A stretch of DNA of 64,000 nucleotides from Rhynchopus sp. YZ270_cl-10. Taxonomy: Eukaryota. The notes below the pieces were generated by a model. It had not been told where the DNA came from and did not search any database. It was given only the letters and a program-made list of their open reading frames with translations. The stretch lies in contig OZ037845.1 of NCBI GenBank assembly GCA_964035575.1, forward strand, positions 434,001-498,000. Reading direction: 5' to 3'. How positions within the stretch are numbered: position 1 is the first letter of the stretch; each line of letters opens with the position of its first letter. The translations under genes were made by a program, and so were the position numbers. Of the stretch, positions 1 through 11,448 are shown in pieces.

Positions 1-170
1 AGCCCTCTCGTGACAGTGTGTGCCTAAAAGAAAAAGAGGGGGGAAAAGAAGAGCACGCGAAGAGCACAACAAGTGTAGTGTGCAAAAAAGTAAATAAAGT
101 TGCGCTAAAAAAAGATTGGGTCTTTTGTTTGTGCGCTCAGGCGCCACTCTTGGGCACCTGTCTACGTAAA

Positions 171-293
171 GTGTCAACTCACTCACCATATCTCCATAGC
201 ACCAAGGTACCCGGACCTTTGATGCTGGGTAAAAAAGGCACCAGTCGGATCACAAGACCCGGCTAGCCCACACAGAACACGAGCCACCAGGGC
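171..293 (-). repeat. Dispersed short repeat, second copy at 59390-59477 (+); possibly a decayed tRNA-derived SINE head
   Basis: The minus strand reads GCCCTGGTGGCTCGTGTTCTGTGTGGGCTAGCCGGGTCTTGTGATCCGACTGGTGCCTTTTT...GGTGAGTGAGTTGACAC. A closely similar sequence is on + at 59390. The tRNA resemblance (A-box-like TGGCTC, T-run) is weak. Confidence 0.6.
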
Positions 294-668
294 TAGTGAC
301 AATTAAAGGAAAAATGTAAAAAAAATAGCCATTTTATACATCCGGATAGCAAAAAACCACGTATGTGTAAACAATAGGGAAGGGAAAGACGGGGGTGGGG
401 ACGAGAAGAATGACACAAAAAAAAAAAAATGCAACACATTTACGCCCTGTTGTTATGAAGAATATTTCGTTTTATTTTCTGTTCTTTCCCCTCCCACCCT
501 CTAACCCATACCCTTATCTTTACCGGTAAGCACCCGAAGAGACGTTCTATGCTCAGTTTCTATTTTTCATACAACATCCCTCCCTCACAACTCTACCTTT
601 TTTCTACACTTTTGGACATGCCTTTTGACACAAATTCTACTAATCGAATTGAAATTTTTGATTCTCAT

Positions 669-2261
669 TTAATTTAAATACATGACACGCTTCAGAATGC
701 GTTGGTTCATCACCTTCGCACGCTTTTCAAGGAATGTAAGGATGCTTTCATACCCACACCCAACACGCACTACTAGAGCACTGCTGTGCACGGCTACTTT
801 GTATTTTTTTGAGGGGGTGTCTATTGTGTAGACGGAGTCTGATATCTTTGCTATGGGGAGGGACGGCACACGCGCCTTGAGCTCTGCCATCATAGAGTCC
901 ACAACACGGTGCGTCACTGCCTCTGGCGTTCGCGGCACCAATGCGCGACGCAGCTTCTCCGCCGGATCCGACACCCCTGGGAACGGGTCCGTCACCTTCC
1001 TCCGCCCACCCCCAACCAACCCACCCCCTACATCACGCACAAACGACGAATCAGCGTTCTCCTCTCTGTCATACCTATAAAAGGCCTCATGCGATGCGCT
1101 CTCAGCGTTGAACGCTTTGTTGTTAAGATACGCTTGGTACACACCGTAGCGCTGGAAGGGCTCGGTTCTGGTGGGCACCAGACGTTCTACGGGACGTTCC
1201 TGCACCTCAGGGGTCAGCTGCTCTGGGGTGTGCACCTCAGCACTGCAGAGGTCTTCTCCAAAGTCCAGCTTTGTTGGTACAACTTCGGCAGCTATTGGGG
1301 TGTGTAATGTGACAGAGGAAGGGGATAATGCAACAGCGTTTGTGTTGAGCTTATCCTTTAGACTGCTGTTTTCAGAGCGAAGCCGTGTCAGCTCATCTTG
1401 CAGAGATGCCGACTCCTGACGCGATGCACGCAGCTGCTGTGAACTCTCATCCTCCAACAGCGCGGAGATCACTGCCTCTCGAGAGTACTTCCTTACCAAA
1501 TGCGACACATCGCTTGATATTGGGGTCCGTTTCGACCGTCCCGTCCGCACCGCACTTCCTCCTGCACTCGAGCCTGCCGAACTCAAACCCCCTTCTGAAA
1601 GGTGCCATTCTATTTTGTCCACAACGTCGCGAGGGGGTGTCGTGACCTCGGCGCTGGCCTGCGGTGTGAACACCTGAGTGATGGTATGCTCCACATTGCC
1701 GTCGGAGGAGAGCGGCGAAGGCGACGCACATTCCTCATGAGCACTTTGCTGCACAGAGTCGCTTGACAACAGGCTTCGCGTATCCGCCTTTTCGGACGTC
1801 CACCCTACATCAATATCCGGCGCCGATAGGGGGGTCGTTGCCTTCGTAACAGAAGCCACCTCAGCACTCAACTCCTGCGGCGAGACAGTCTCGGGGGAGC
1901 TGAATAATTCGCTCAAAGACACCACCGGGTTGTCAATCGCGCAAGAGGGCGGGTCTTTGCGTTCCACAGAAGGAAAGCTTGCCATAAAGTCCGGTGGAGA
2001 CGCTGGATGGCCAGGAGACACAGCTGGGGCATGCACATGGCGTGACGATGATGAAATCGACGCGGCTGACGTGGTCTGTTGCAGACGACATGGTGTGTCC
2101 CCTTCTGCATCTGCAGCTGTTGTCGGGCCAACCGGGGCACCCTCTGCACCCACAGCAGGCACTGCCGTCTCCTGCGGGGAGGAACTTGCTTTCACAGGAA
2201 ACCCTTTGTGCACCTGGTTCGGCATTCCCTTAGGAGACGCCACACCGGCAGCGCTCGGCAT
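669..2261 (-). CDS. Ser/Pro-rich coiled-coil protein with C-terminal GAS2/GAR (microtubule-binding)-like domain
   Basis: 537-codon ORF. The C-terminus ALVVRVGCGYESILTFLEK resembles the GAR motif VMVRVGGGWxxLxxYL. First ATG is at 2261 (the track start is TTG 2282). Confidence 0.65.
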   Translation of the reverse strand: MPSAAGVASPKGMPNQVHKGFPVKASSSPQETAVPAVGAEGAPVGPTTAADAEGDTPCRLQQTTSAASISSSSRHVHAPAVSPGHPASPPDFMASFPSVERKDPPSCAIDNPVVSLSELFSSPETVSPQELSAEVASVTKATTPLSAPDIDVGWTSEKADTRSLLSSDSVQQSAHEECASPSPLSSDGNVEHTITQVFTPQASAEVTTPPRDVVDKIEWHLSEGGLSSAGSSAGGSAVRTGRSKRTPISSDVSHLVRKYSREAVISALLEDESSQQLRASRQESASLQDELTRLRSENSSLKDKLNTNAVALSPSSVTLHTPIAAEVVPTKLDFGEDLCSAEVHTPEQLTPEVQERPVERLVPTRTEPFQRYGVYQAYLNNKAFNAESASHEAFYRYDREENADSSFVRDVGGGLVGGGRRKVTDPFPGVSDPAEKLRRALVPRTPEAVTHRVVDSMMAELKARVPSLPIAKISDSVYTIDTPSKKYKVAVHSSALVVRVGCGYESILTFLEKRAKVMNQRILKRVMYLN

Positions 2262-2987
2262 TAAGATATGGGAAATAAGCAAAGGTATGGAGTCAGAAAC
2301 AACTCAAAAAGAGAGGAATACCTGGAGGTGATGCTGTGTGCTAAAGAGATTGTTTCATATACATTCTTTTCTGACGAAAAGAAGGTATAGAGGGTGCTAA
2401 AAACGTACCCTTGGAGATGATGCTGTGTACTAAAGAGATGTTTGTTTCTCCCCTTTGCACTCAGGTAGCTGCCTGCCTTTCAAAAGCAATCGTGTGAATG
2501 TATTGACAGTGCAAAAACAGTGAACACTGCTGATCCATCCACGGAATTGTCGAACCCAAAGAGCAGCTTTGTCTGTCATCTCAATAAATGGTGGGGGGGT
2601 GAGTTTCGTATTGGTACATCATATATGGGGGGTGTTTTTTGACTGTTTCGTTCGTATGTGAGATAGAGGGTCACATCAGGGAGGGTTTTATTGGGGGACT
2701 GCTCCAGAAAATATAAGAAAAACTTTGGAAAAATAAAAAAGGGAGAAAAACTGAAGATGAATTGGTGTGCCCTCTATGTGCACACATCAGGGGGGGAAGT
2801 GGGATATTGTGTGTCCTCGCACAACAGAAAAATGGGGCTTTTCGTTGTCTCTATATAAAATCTAAAAAATCGGAGATACTTACACAAATATGCGAACGAT
2901 GCTACCACCTCTCTTCTATCTCGCAAAGGGGAGAAAATAAGATGATCCTAAGCCTTTCTACCAAAGTGATGATTTTGTACACCAGCA

Positions 2988-4310
2988 TCACCGTTTCCAT
3001 CCCTTCTTCGCGTGCTCCGCTGCGTAGTTCGTTGAAGGGGTTGGTAAACAGGACATAACCTGCTCTGATAAGCCTTGCACGCTTGAGTAGCGTGTCCGGT
3101 TGTATTGTTGGTACTGTCGTTCGGGGATGCGTTTGGGGGAAGGTGCGCTGCTGCTGTTACTGCTGCTCGATGCAGCAGCACCACTCGCCTGCTTCCTCCG
3201 TGCAGGCATCGCTGCCTGCGCCCAGTCGAACGCTTCTGCCCTGGCCCGCTCCTTATTCGATTTATCTTTCTCCAAAATAACAAGGTCCTCCCTTCTGTCT
3301 CTCGCAGACATCCTCTGCTTCAAATCCTCATGACTCCGCTTCTCCCCTACCCGCAAGACACGCACCTTCTCTTCTTCAGCTAAGGTCGCCTTGCTTGCAA
3401 TATCCTGCACCTCAGCAGCACGGCGTTGTCCTTGAACGTACGCTTCGTGCTCCTCCCGTTTTGCTTCTGCGTCCATTTGGGCTGCGGCTGCGCGGTTCAC
3501 CATTTGTTCTCTGAGCATTCCTTGCGCATGCTGTGAACGGCAATCCACCCTCGCCTTCTCTATCACCTCCACTGATGCGAGACGGCTGTCAACACTCCGT
3601 TTCTGCCCTGCCGCCCAATCCGTATACGCACGCTCTACGTTATGCGCCTTTTGCTTTGCTTCCTTCTGTCGTACAGAGTTCTTCAACGCCACTGCCCGCA
3701 CCTTCTCCTTCTTCGACATACTCGTCTGCGCCCTCGCTACCGCTATGCTCTCATCCCTCGCCATTAACCGCACCTCCTTCATTCGATCTGCCGTATAAAT
3801 CTGCTCCCGTTTCCTCAAAACAGCCTCCTGTTGTCTGGCCAGCCTTTCCACAGCGCGCCGCTGCGAGGCTTGCTCACTTAACAGCCTCCCTCCAGTAGGA
3901 GGAGAGCTCGGTACAGATCTTACCGGGCTTTCCTCTCTTCTAGCATCCTGGATATCAGGTGTACGAGGGGTCGCGGGGGTGCTAGGAACGCTTGGAGCAA
4001 TTTGTGGATGCCGTCTTATCGGAGTATACCCATGCGAAGTACTTTGTGTCGTCATAGAAAGACTGTCCTGGGGAACATCCTCTTCTATGTTCCCCTGAGA
4101 CTCCTCCTTCGACTCTGTTATTTCAGGGGCATCTTCTTCATTTACCGAAGTTTCCTCTTGAAACCCAGCTGGTGAGTGACCTTCTTCATCCTCCTGAGTC
4201 TCGTCTTGAGGGTGCGGTATATGGGTTTCATCTGCCCCAGACAACGGTACTCCACCCGGGGAGGATGCTGATGATTCTGCGCCATCCCCATCATGGACGA
4301 CACTTCCCAT
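2988..4310 (-). CDS. Hypothetical protein, acidic/disordered N-terminus and central coiled coil
   Basis: 440-aa ATG-initiated ORF on the same strand as its neighbours, with E/K/R/A-rich helical heptads. Confidence 0.8.
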   Translation of the reverse strand: MGSVVHDGDGAESSASSPGGVPLSGADETHIPHPQDETQEDEEGHSPAGFQEETSVNEEDAPEITESKEESQGNIEEDVPQDSLSMTTQSTSHGYTPIRRHPQIAPSVPSTPATPRTPDIQDARREESPVRSVPSSPPTGGRLLSEQASQRRAVERLARQQEAVLRKREQIYTADRMKEVRLMARDESIAVARAQTSMSKKEKVRAVALKNSVRQKEAKQKAHNVERAYTDWAAGQKRSVDSRLASVEVIEKARVDCRSQHAQGMLREQMVNRAAAAQMDAEAKREEHEAYVQGQRRAAEVQDIASKATLAEEEKVRVLRVGEKRSHEDLKQRMSARDRREDLVILEKDKSNKERARAEAFDWAQAAMPARRKQASGAAASSSSNSSSAPSPKRIPERQYQQYNRTRYSSVQGLSEQVMSCLPTPSTNYAAEHAKKGWKR

Positions 4311-4474
4311 TGGGGGGGTGAGAGAGAGGAGAGGGTGCAGTAGGAGGCGGGGGTATCTAGCGCATTGTTATTCTCCTTCTTTGTTTTGAAGAGCCTGGTG
4401 GGGTGGGGTTTGGATTGTGGTGGTTTGGATGTGTAGGAGGGAGGAGGGAGGAGGAGCTTGAGTAAAGAAGTAGA

Positions 4475-4608
4475 GTTGGAATACAAAGCCCTCGTGAACA
4501 GTGTTACCCTGGTACAATGGATTGCAATGTATTACAATGACCGGCTGTACCGGGGGGGTGGACAACCCAACCATGCAGTCTTCCATCCATTTCGTGGTTT
4601 CCATCTGA
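4475..4608 (-). repeat. Dispersed fold-back module family A (~120 nt). Other copies: 1-25, 9040-9105, 12731-12848, 25522-25560, 27772-27810, 32351-32428, 39789-39908, 47961-48075, 53340-53450, 61052-61082, 62477-62583
   Basis: + consensus GTTGACTTGAAATACAAAGCCCTCTCGTGAACAGTGTACC..TGGTACAATGACCGGCTGTACCGGGGGGTGGACACCCAACCATGCAGTCC..CATTTCGTGGTTTACATCTGA recurs at the listed positions. Confidence 0.9.
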
Positions 4609-4867
4609 AGAATTGGTATTGATGCAGGCACCTCAACTGACCCACATAACCCTGTAGCCTTGGATAAAAGTGGAAGTACTGCGGTAACAGAAGGTGTAGA
4701 GTAAAATATGGACGGTGGTGGGAGGGGTGGTTTATTTTGTGTGTTTCGAAGAAACGGTTTTTTTTTTTTTTTTTGTGGTGGACGAAAGTATTGCGTGCCG
4801 AGCGCTATGACAAGGCCACGCACCTCGCCTCTCCTAATTCACCCCTATTTCTGGAAAAAAAAGAAAA

Positions 4868-4909
4868 GTTGAAAAGATGAACCTAAGCCTCTCATACTTA
4901 GTCACCTTC
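4868..4909 (-). repeat. Dispersed ~35-nt hairpin module family D (about 30 copies; e.g. 2939, 8576, 9884, 10709, 11469, 17753, 18752, 19508, 26597, 28555, 31648, 33005, 33820, 37865, 41723, 45440, 45992, 48550, 53262)
   Basis: + consensus AAGATGAACCTAAGCCTCTCGTGCTTAGTCACCTT with a CTAAGC/GCTTAG stem. Every copy I saw has the same orientation. Confidence 0.9.
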
Positions 4910-5700
4910 AAAAAAAGGAGGTTGTAAAGTACAAACGCCTCTGTGGACGCAGGCACTGAATCTCCGAGGGTTGTCGGGAAAAAAATTTTTTTTTTGAAAG
5001 ATGCATGCGCGACTCGCTGTGCGAAAATTCATCACAAAACACAAGGGTGCGCTACTGAACATACCCGCGCAACCCTTTGATCTAAACGCAACATTCCAAG
5101 ACAATCATATGCCGACCTTTACCAGGTAAGACACCGGGGCTTCTGTTCCTTAGGGGTTAAGAATGGCTGTTGAGAAAGTGACTGTTAAGTGAGTTGTAAC
5201 TGCAACTTACAGGCACCATTCAAACGAAATGCAAAGCAATCCGGGGGGAAATTCAAAAAAAAGCAGTAACGTGGCCAAAACTTGATAAAAGAAAAGGTTG
5301 GTAAAAGATGATAAGCAACACTGTGCTTGATCACCCGAACAGGGGATGAGGAGATAAGGGTAACGGACGAAGGGAGAAGGAAGCAGAATTTTTCGGTGAC
5401 CACCCATCCAGTCGCCTAAGATTTTCACCGGGGATTTTCGTTATTTTTTTCTCGAATAAAACTACAAAGATGAAAAATGCAACACCCCACATGCAAGCAA
5501 AACCCCCCTCGACACCCAACAACACACTAAGATGTAATGGCACATCTTTTAAAACACAAACGTTGGGATGGTAAAATGCTAATCACGCGCTTAGCCACCA
5601 AAAAACACACACAACAGAAAGCGATATTCTACTAAGGGGGCAACTTTTTAATCCCCACAATAAGCAGAATCATCACCATTTTTTGACTCTCTTTATCTCT

Positions 5701-6561
5701 TTAGATAGCCTTCATCCCGCAAACCTCTCTCAGCTTCTCAAACACCAGGAAGGTCACGATGGTGTGCGGTCCAAGCCTCATCCACCCGGGCACCCACCCA
5801 GAGTAGAGCGCCAGGAAACCCTCATTTTTGATCGTCTTCGAGAAGCAATCGAGGGTTCCCTTGTACGGCATGGTACCATCACTGAGGGGCTTGGAAGACA
5901 TGACACGGGTCTTAATCAGATCGATTGGCGCAGTGATCGTCACCGCCACGATACCCGCGAAGAACGACGCCACCAGATGCAGTGCCACACCTTCCTCCAG
6001 GATACCTGCGTTCTTGAGGGTGTGCTTTGAATGGTCGTAGGCAGGAGCCTGGCAGGACCCTAAGATTCCTGCACGTTGAACGGTTTGTCCTACACCAACG
6101 TAAAGACCTCTGGCACCTTGGGTGGAGTAGATGTGGTAGAATGCTTGGAAGACGTTTTTGTAGAGTTTCCCGGAGGTGTCGGATTGCATGCGGATTTTGA
6201 CGAGGTCGCAGGGGTTCGCAATCGCAGAGCCAAGCATCCCTGCGGAGGCGCCTGCAGCAAGCTTCTTGTACAGCGGGGTGTTCTTCGGGTCGGTTGCGCC
6301 GTACAGCTCCTTGAAGGTTTCGTAGGCCCCGAAACGGATGCCGCTGTAGCTCATCTCCCTGCACAGCGACGCACCCAGGCCTTTGTACAACCCACGCACA
6401 CCCTCCGTCTGCGCAATCGAACGCATACCCCCAACCATCCCCGGGTACTTCCCCTTCTCAACCTGCATTCTGATCTTGACAACATCAACAGGGTTCGTGC
6501 AGGAAGCTCCACAGCATGCGCTGGTCCCAGCCAGGGCGATTTTGAACGCCGTTTCTGACAT
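5701..6561 (-). CDS. Mitochondrial carrier (SLC25 family; dicarboxylate/2-oxoglutarate-malate/UCP-like subgroup)
   Basis: 286 aa with three PxDxxKxR signatures (PVDVVKIR, PCDLVKIR, PIDLIKTR) and C-terminal WMRLGPHTIVTFLVFEKLR. Confidence 0.95.
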   Translation of the reverse strand: MSETAFKIALAGTSACCGASCTNPVDVVKIRMQVEKGKYPGMVGGMRSIAQTEGVRGLYKGLGASLCREMSYSGIRFGAYETFKELYGATDPKNTPLYKKLAAGASAGMLGSAIANPCDLVKIRMQSDTSGKLYKNVFQAFYHIYSTQGARGLYVGVGQTVQRAGILGSCQAPAYDHSKHTLKNAGILEEGVALHLVASFFAGIVAVTITAPIDLIKTRVMSSKPLSDGTMPYKGTLDCFSKTIKNEGFLALYSGWVPGWMRLGPHTIVTFLVFEKLREVCGMKAI

Positions 6562-6578
6562 TGTTTTGTTCTTTTTTC

Positions 6579-6640
6579 CTGGAGATGAGAGATGAGAGAT
6601 GGGAGATGAGAGATGGGAGATGAGAGATGGGAGAGAAATA
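6579..6640 (-). promoter_or_regulatory. Putative trans-splice acceptor (polypyrimidine tract + CAG) for the carrier gene
   Basis: On the minus strand a (TCTCATCTCCCA)-type C/T tract ends in CCAG 17 nt upstream of the ATG. Confidence 0.5.
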
Positions 6641-7433
6641 GAGGGGGGTTTAAGAAACTGAAGCTAGCTGAGATCTGAGAGAGGAAAGGAGGGGAGGGGA
6701 GATGAGGGGGGAAGAATAAACCTTTTGTTATTTTGTGCTTTTGCTCTTCCGTTTTTTTGGCTGAACAAAAAAGCGAGTCGGGGTAGAGCAGGACGCCACG
6801 GCAATCACTGAAGTGCTCAAACCTTGCGGAAAGGGGGTGCCAAAAAAGGGCCGAAAATAAAATGTGAAAGATGAAATGCGCCTTCTTGTGCACACATATC
6901 TAATAACAAAAATGGACTCGAAGGAGTGCGTCCATGAGGTTCGGAGCTCAACAAAGAACGAAAATAATAATATGAATGTCTCTCTACATATTTACATTTA
7001 AATCAGCAAGAGGACACTTTAAAAGGAATAGAAGGGTTGGTGTGATCCTGAGCTTTGTTAGCCGTTGCTCAGGATCCAATCAAAAACTAGACAATATCAT
7101 CCGCCAACTCATCTTGATAACAATAAAAATATAACAGTATTCTTCGTTGAACGCAAGCTAAGGAATCAAAGGGGAAATACTGTTACACAAGATCCGAACG
7201 TTGGCTTTCTTTTTCTCTTTCTTAATACACTACGCGTTGAGGGGGAAAAAATCGCTTGATCATAGACTACTATCACTAGATAGCGGCCACGATTTTTCAC
7301 AGGATTCTTAAAAGAACGCAAAAGAAGGATCCAATAAAAGAGAAAGAACACTATGAACGCACTCTCGCTCTCATTCTCTGTGGGGGGAAAATCTTTTTTC
7401 TTGTGAGAGACATAGATATCTCAAGCCTATTCT

Positions 7434-8090
7434 TCACGCAGAAGCCTTCAGCGCCACTAGCCATGCACCTGCGGCCTTAAAGTTCGCAGTGTACCCTTCC
7501 ACTCCCTTCAGGCGCTCAAGGTAAGCCAGGATGGAGGGGTACGGTGCGAGCACGTTCTCTCCAATGGCCTCCGTCAAGAGGAGGAGCTGGTCCACCTCCG
7601 GGGTGAAAAGGAAGTCCGCAAGCGAGAGGGTGTCGCCTGCCACGAAGCTCTGCTTTGCGAGAAGCGTGTCGTATGCCTTCAGGGTCGGAGTCACCGCCTC
7701 GACACCCTTCTTGGCCAGCGCAGCGACCTCCTCTGGCTTTGCAAAAAGAACGGGGCGAACGAGGTCCACAGTGAGCTTGCGCACCTTCGCAAGGTTCGCT
7801 GCAATGTATTGCTGCACCTTCGCCTGCTGTTTCTTGTCCTTCGGCACAATGTCATGCTCCTCAGCAAGGTACTGCAGGATCGCGGTGCTCTCCTCCAGGA
7901 AGAAGTCGCCCTCCTCGTACGTAGGGACCTGAGCTGAGGGGAACTTCGCAACGTAGTCGGGGTGCTTCTGCTCGCCCTTCAGAATCTCGACAGTGCGCAC
8001 CTCAACATCAGACTTTGCGTAGGCAGCAAACCACGCGACAGAGCGTCCAGGCTGCGAGAAGGGGTGTGCGTTAAGGATTCCGGCCGGCAT
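7434..8090 (-). CDS. Glutathione S-transferase, theta-like
   Basis: 218 aa. N-domain motifs SQPGRSV, QVPTYEEGDFFLEESTAILQYL; C-domain motif FVAGDTLSLADF. Confidence 0.92.
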   Translation of the reverse strand: MPAGILNAHPFSQPGRSVAWFAAYAKSDVEVRTVEILKGEQKHPDYVAKFPSAQVPTYEEGDFFLEESTAILQYLAEEHDIVPKDKKQQAKVQQYIAANLAKVRKLTVDLVRPVLFAKPEEVAALAKKGVEAVTPTLKAYDTLLAKQSFVAGDTLSLADFLFTPEVDQLLLLTEAIGENVLAPYPSILAYLERLKGVEGYTANFKAAGAWLVALKASA

Positions 8091-8769
8091 TGTGTTAGGG
8101 GAAAGCGAAGGTGGTATAAGATTGTTCTGTGTGAGGACTTAAAGGGGGGGTGTGAAGAGAAAAATAAATGGTCGTTGATTTTGTTGTTGTTGTTGTTGTT
8201 ATCTGAAAACAGTCAAAGCATGCCACTTATACAAAAATGGTTTTTTTGCTGTTTTCAATCCCCTCCAGATCCATTTAGACGTGGAGAGTCATCGCAGATT
8301 GTTGATATGGTGCGTTAGTCAAATTTGAAGAAAACTTGAACAAAGATGAATATGCTGTGCACACATCTCTTAAAAGGAAAGACACAAAAGACGAAACGAA
8401 AGAAAGAAAAAATACTAGACAGAAAAGACAGAACTCATCGTAATTCAGTGTCAACCCCATTAGCCAAAGGTCCGGCACGACATGCTTCAAGAAGAGAGAA
8501 GTCCACATCCAATACAACGCCACGAAATATAATCCTTTGACACAAAAAATGGGGGAAATTGTAAGAAGTTTATAGAATGAACCTAAGCACCCTCTCGTTG
8601 CTTAGTCATCTTTTAATGAGAAAGGGTTGACGAATCGAAAACCTTAAGCCCAGAAAAGGTGCTTCCAAAGTGATTCTTAGTCACCTGAAAACCCCCCTTT
8701 TCCCTACCTATGCCACCTCTTTTTTTTTCTGTCTCGTAACTAGCCTGTGTAAGTCAAAGATATGAATGA

Positions 8770-8895
8770 AATAGAAACTTAACACTCATCACACGATAAA
8801 ACCCATGGGAGAGGTTGTGGTGAAACGCACACACCTCGACCTGTTTGGTGAGGCGTGGCTCTGCAGCGCGGTTCGTCCCTAGAACCGCGAGTGTG
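8770..8895. repeat. Dispersed repeat family E (second copy 27463-27588)
   Basis: Both copies share TTAACACTCATCACACGATAAAACC.ATGGGAGA...CCTCGACCTGTTT..GGTGAGG..GGCTCTGCAGCGCGGTT.GTCCC.AGAACCGC. Confidence 0.85.
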
Positions 8896-9656
8896 CTCAA
8901 AATGCTTTGTTTCTATTTCCTCCTTCATTTCATGAGGTGACAAAAGAAAACTAGCATCGTGAGAAAGGAGGCAACACCTCACATAAGGCAAATGGAGAAT
9001 CTCTCGATTGTCCATTAGTATTTTTTTTTTTTTTTTTGATTTTGAAATACAAAACCCTCTCTGTGACAGATACACTGTTCACGAGAGGGCATATTTCAAG
9101 TCAACTTTTTTTTGAATAATTGTGCAGACATCTCGCTTTTCGTTGTGAGCTCCACGCATTTTTTGAAAATTTGATTAATATTAGTGCAAACACCCGAGGT
9201 AGGCCCTGTACAACAGTATCGCCCGTTTTAACCCACCCTCCCAAATCGCATAAAAAAAATGTTTACAAAATGAACTGGAGGCTTCCATTTAATGGCAACC
9301 CACAGGAGGAGAAAGAACCCAACTCTTGGGAAAACAGACGCCAATGAGACCATCTAAGTCTCCCCTCTTGTATGCCATCTAAACCATGACAACTTAAGAA
9401 GAAGACACCTAGCTGGAAGGGCACTTCATTAGAAAAATAGAGAGCTTGACAGTGCAAAGGCCTTTGTGTGTGTGGATGCTGTGGGCATAGGAACGCCCCT
9501 GTGGACAATAGAGAAAACCCTCACAAGATAGGTGAAATGCTGCTCTCGTGCTCGCATCTGAAATACAACGAATGAGTGGGTTCGAATCGTTTAAAAATAA
9601 ATTTTTTGGACAGTAGAGATATGCACAACTGTGGCAACACAACTGAGGCAACTACC

Positions 9657-9753
9657 GTCTTCGTAAAAATGTTCGACCGTAAAAAAAGGACGAACTTCCA
9701 GAAACATCCGGAAATGGACGAACTTTATTGCGGTCGAACTTATTTACGAAGAC
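9657..9753. mobile_element. MITE-like fold-back nested inside a reversed family F module
   Basis: Terminal inverted repeats GTCTTCGTAAA.ATGTTCGACCG / CGGTCGAAC.TATTTACGAAGAC. The flanks rejoin to the reverse complement of family F. Confidence 0.7.
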
Positions 9754-11374
9754 AGCGCACTACTCCAACAATTCATCAAAAAGAAGTTTTCAGTACAAAC
9801 CACCCTCTGGGTCAGACAACTGACGCTCCGTGGGGTTATTGAGGCACTGAGGGAGGGGGGGAAAAAAAAGGACAGAAAAGCTTAGATGAACCTAAGCCTC
9901 TCATGCTTAGTCCTTGGTCATAATGTTATCGCACAAAGAAGTACTTTAGTGGAGTGCATTCTTCAGGTGTCTACACTAATACAATTTTTGAAAAAAATTG
10001 AAAAATGGGAAAAAAAACCCCACCATGGGGTGTCATAACGTGCGTCAAAAAGAGGGGTACGGTAACGCCAAAGGAATCACACAGTATCCACAGAAAACGA
10101 GAGTGGCGAAGAAGCCCCTGCGCCTTTCCCCTCTAACCTGCGCCGTCTGAGCATGCAGGTATATTTTGTGTTGCTTTTTTTTGTGCCAAGAATCCCACCC
10201 AAGTTATATGCCTCCAATCACACCGAGGGCGACATTTCCTACACAACAGTTTTACCCAAATTTCCCTTTTGTGTTACAAAGAGACAGCCACCGAAGAGGT
10301 GGGCTGTGTCTCTGTACTCAATATCGCCCGAAGGCGAGGATGAGAAGAATCAAAAGGAGAGAAAAAAAGCGCGAGGAAACATCAAACCGTTGGTTTTCAT
10401 GTTCAATTTCAAAGCACAATGATTGCAAGGATTTTCTTTCATGAATACGGCCCAGCATCAAGTGATGACTAGATCTATGAACGAGTTGGTAGCATTAACA
10501 CTTCTGGGGCACGAGCACAAAAAAAAACATTGTTTCATATACTAACTATTCTACTGAATAGAAGGTATAATAGGGTAAAAAAACAAAAAAAAGACAAAAA
10601 ATGGTTATTGATGCAGGACTCAACTGACCTACATACGATACCAGTCATGGATGAAAACACGCTGCGGCCAACAAAAAAAAGAGAGAGCGAGAGGGGGAAA
10701 AATATATAAGACGAACCTAAGCCTCACGTTCGCTTAGCCACCTTATAACAAGAGCGAAGAATACACGGTGTTCACATAGTAAAGACCAGACAAACAATAA
10801 TTTGACAGTCTGGGGGTGCCCCTTCCTATGGGTAGAAGGCTTGGCCTGTTTGTACTTGGTGTACCGGTCAAACTAGAACATAACATTAAAACAAATTAAC
10901 TATGAGATGAACCTAAGCCCCTCACGCACCTTGAGAGGTCTGCGCCACAAGACGCGTCATCAGAGCTGACAGTAAAATGAGTAAAGGGGCATAAAATAAC
11001 GTGAAGAGCATTTGAAACGACGTTTGCATCTCAAAGAAATACCTGCAAGCCTTGCAGGTTTCAAAACAAAATAAACATTTGCAAGATGACCTGGTAAGTA
11101 CTCTCGTACTTTAGTTACCTTGAACAAACAGTGGTTGAGTTGTTTTGTGTTTACCACAATAGTGGCGGCACCACACCAATCGAGCGACAAGCAAAAGGAT
11201 GAATTGATAAGGAATACTAAACGTCCGCTGCTTGGTATTCTTACTACCCATGAATCCGTTGCTGTGCACATCCCGAAAGCCTATCTATATGTCTGCTGTT
11301 TTAATAACAAAGGGAAGGTTTGAAAGATGAACGTCCCTCCTTCTGTCTCAAGGAGGCTGTAAAAATGAATAGTT

Positions 11375-11448
11375 GTTGATGCAGGTACCTCCCCGATTGA
11401 CCCACGTACGATGCCAGCCCGGATGAAAGCACGAAGTACCCTGCAACA
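11375..11448 (-). repeat. Dispersed fold-back module family C (~75 nt). Other copies: 4619-4683, 10608-10665, 18686-18746, 24658-24721, 28235-28300, 40137-40195, 60820-60880
   Basis: + consensus TTGATGCAGG(T/C)ACCTCC..CTGACCCACGTACGATGCCAGCC..GGATGAAAGCAC..AGTACCCTGC, whose ends are inverted repeats. Confidence 0.9.

Noticed and set aside
4619..4683. GGATAAAAGTGGA resembling a twister ribozyme segment; hammerhead-like GATGA/GAAA words in family C
   Set aside because: The segment appears in one divergent copy only, and I could not build the required cores or pseudoknots by eye.
4885..4900. Family D apex (consensus AGCACGAGAGG) as a sarcin-ricin loop mimic (AGUACGAGAGG)
   Set aside because: The match is short, lacks the GAAC strand needed for the bulged-G motif, and the loop is the most variable part of the family.
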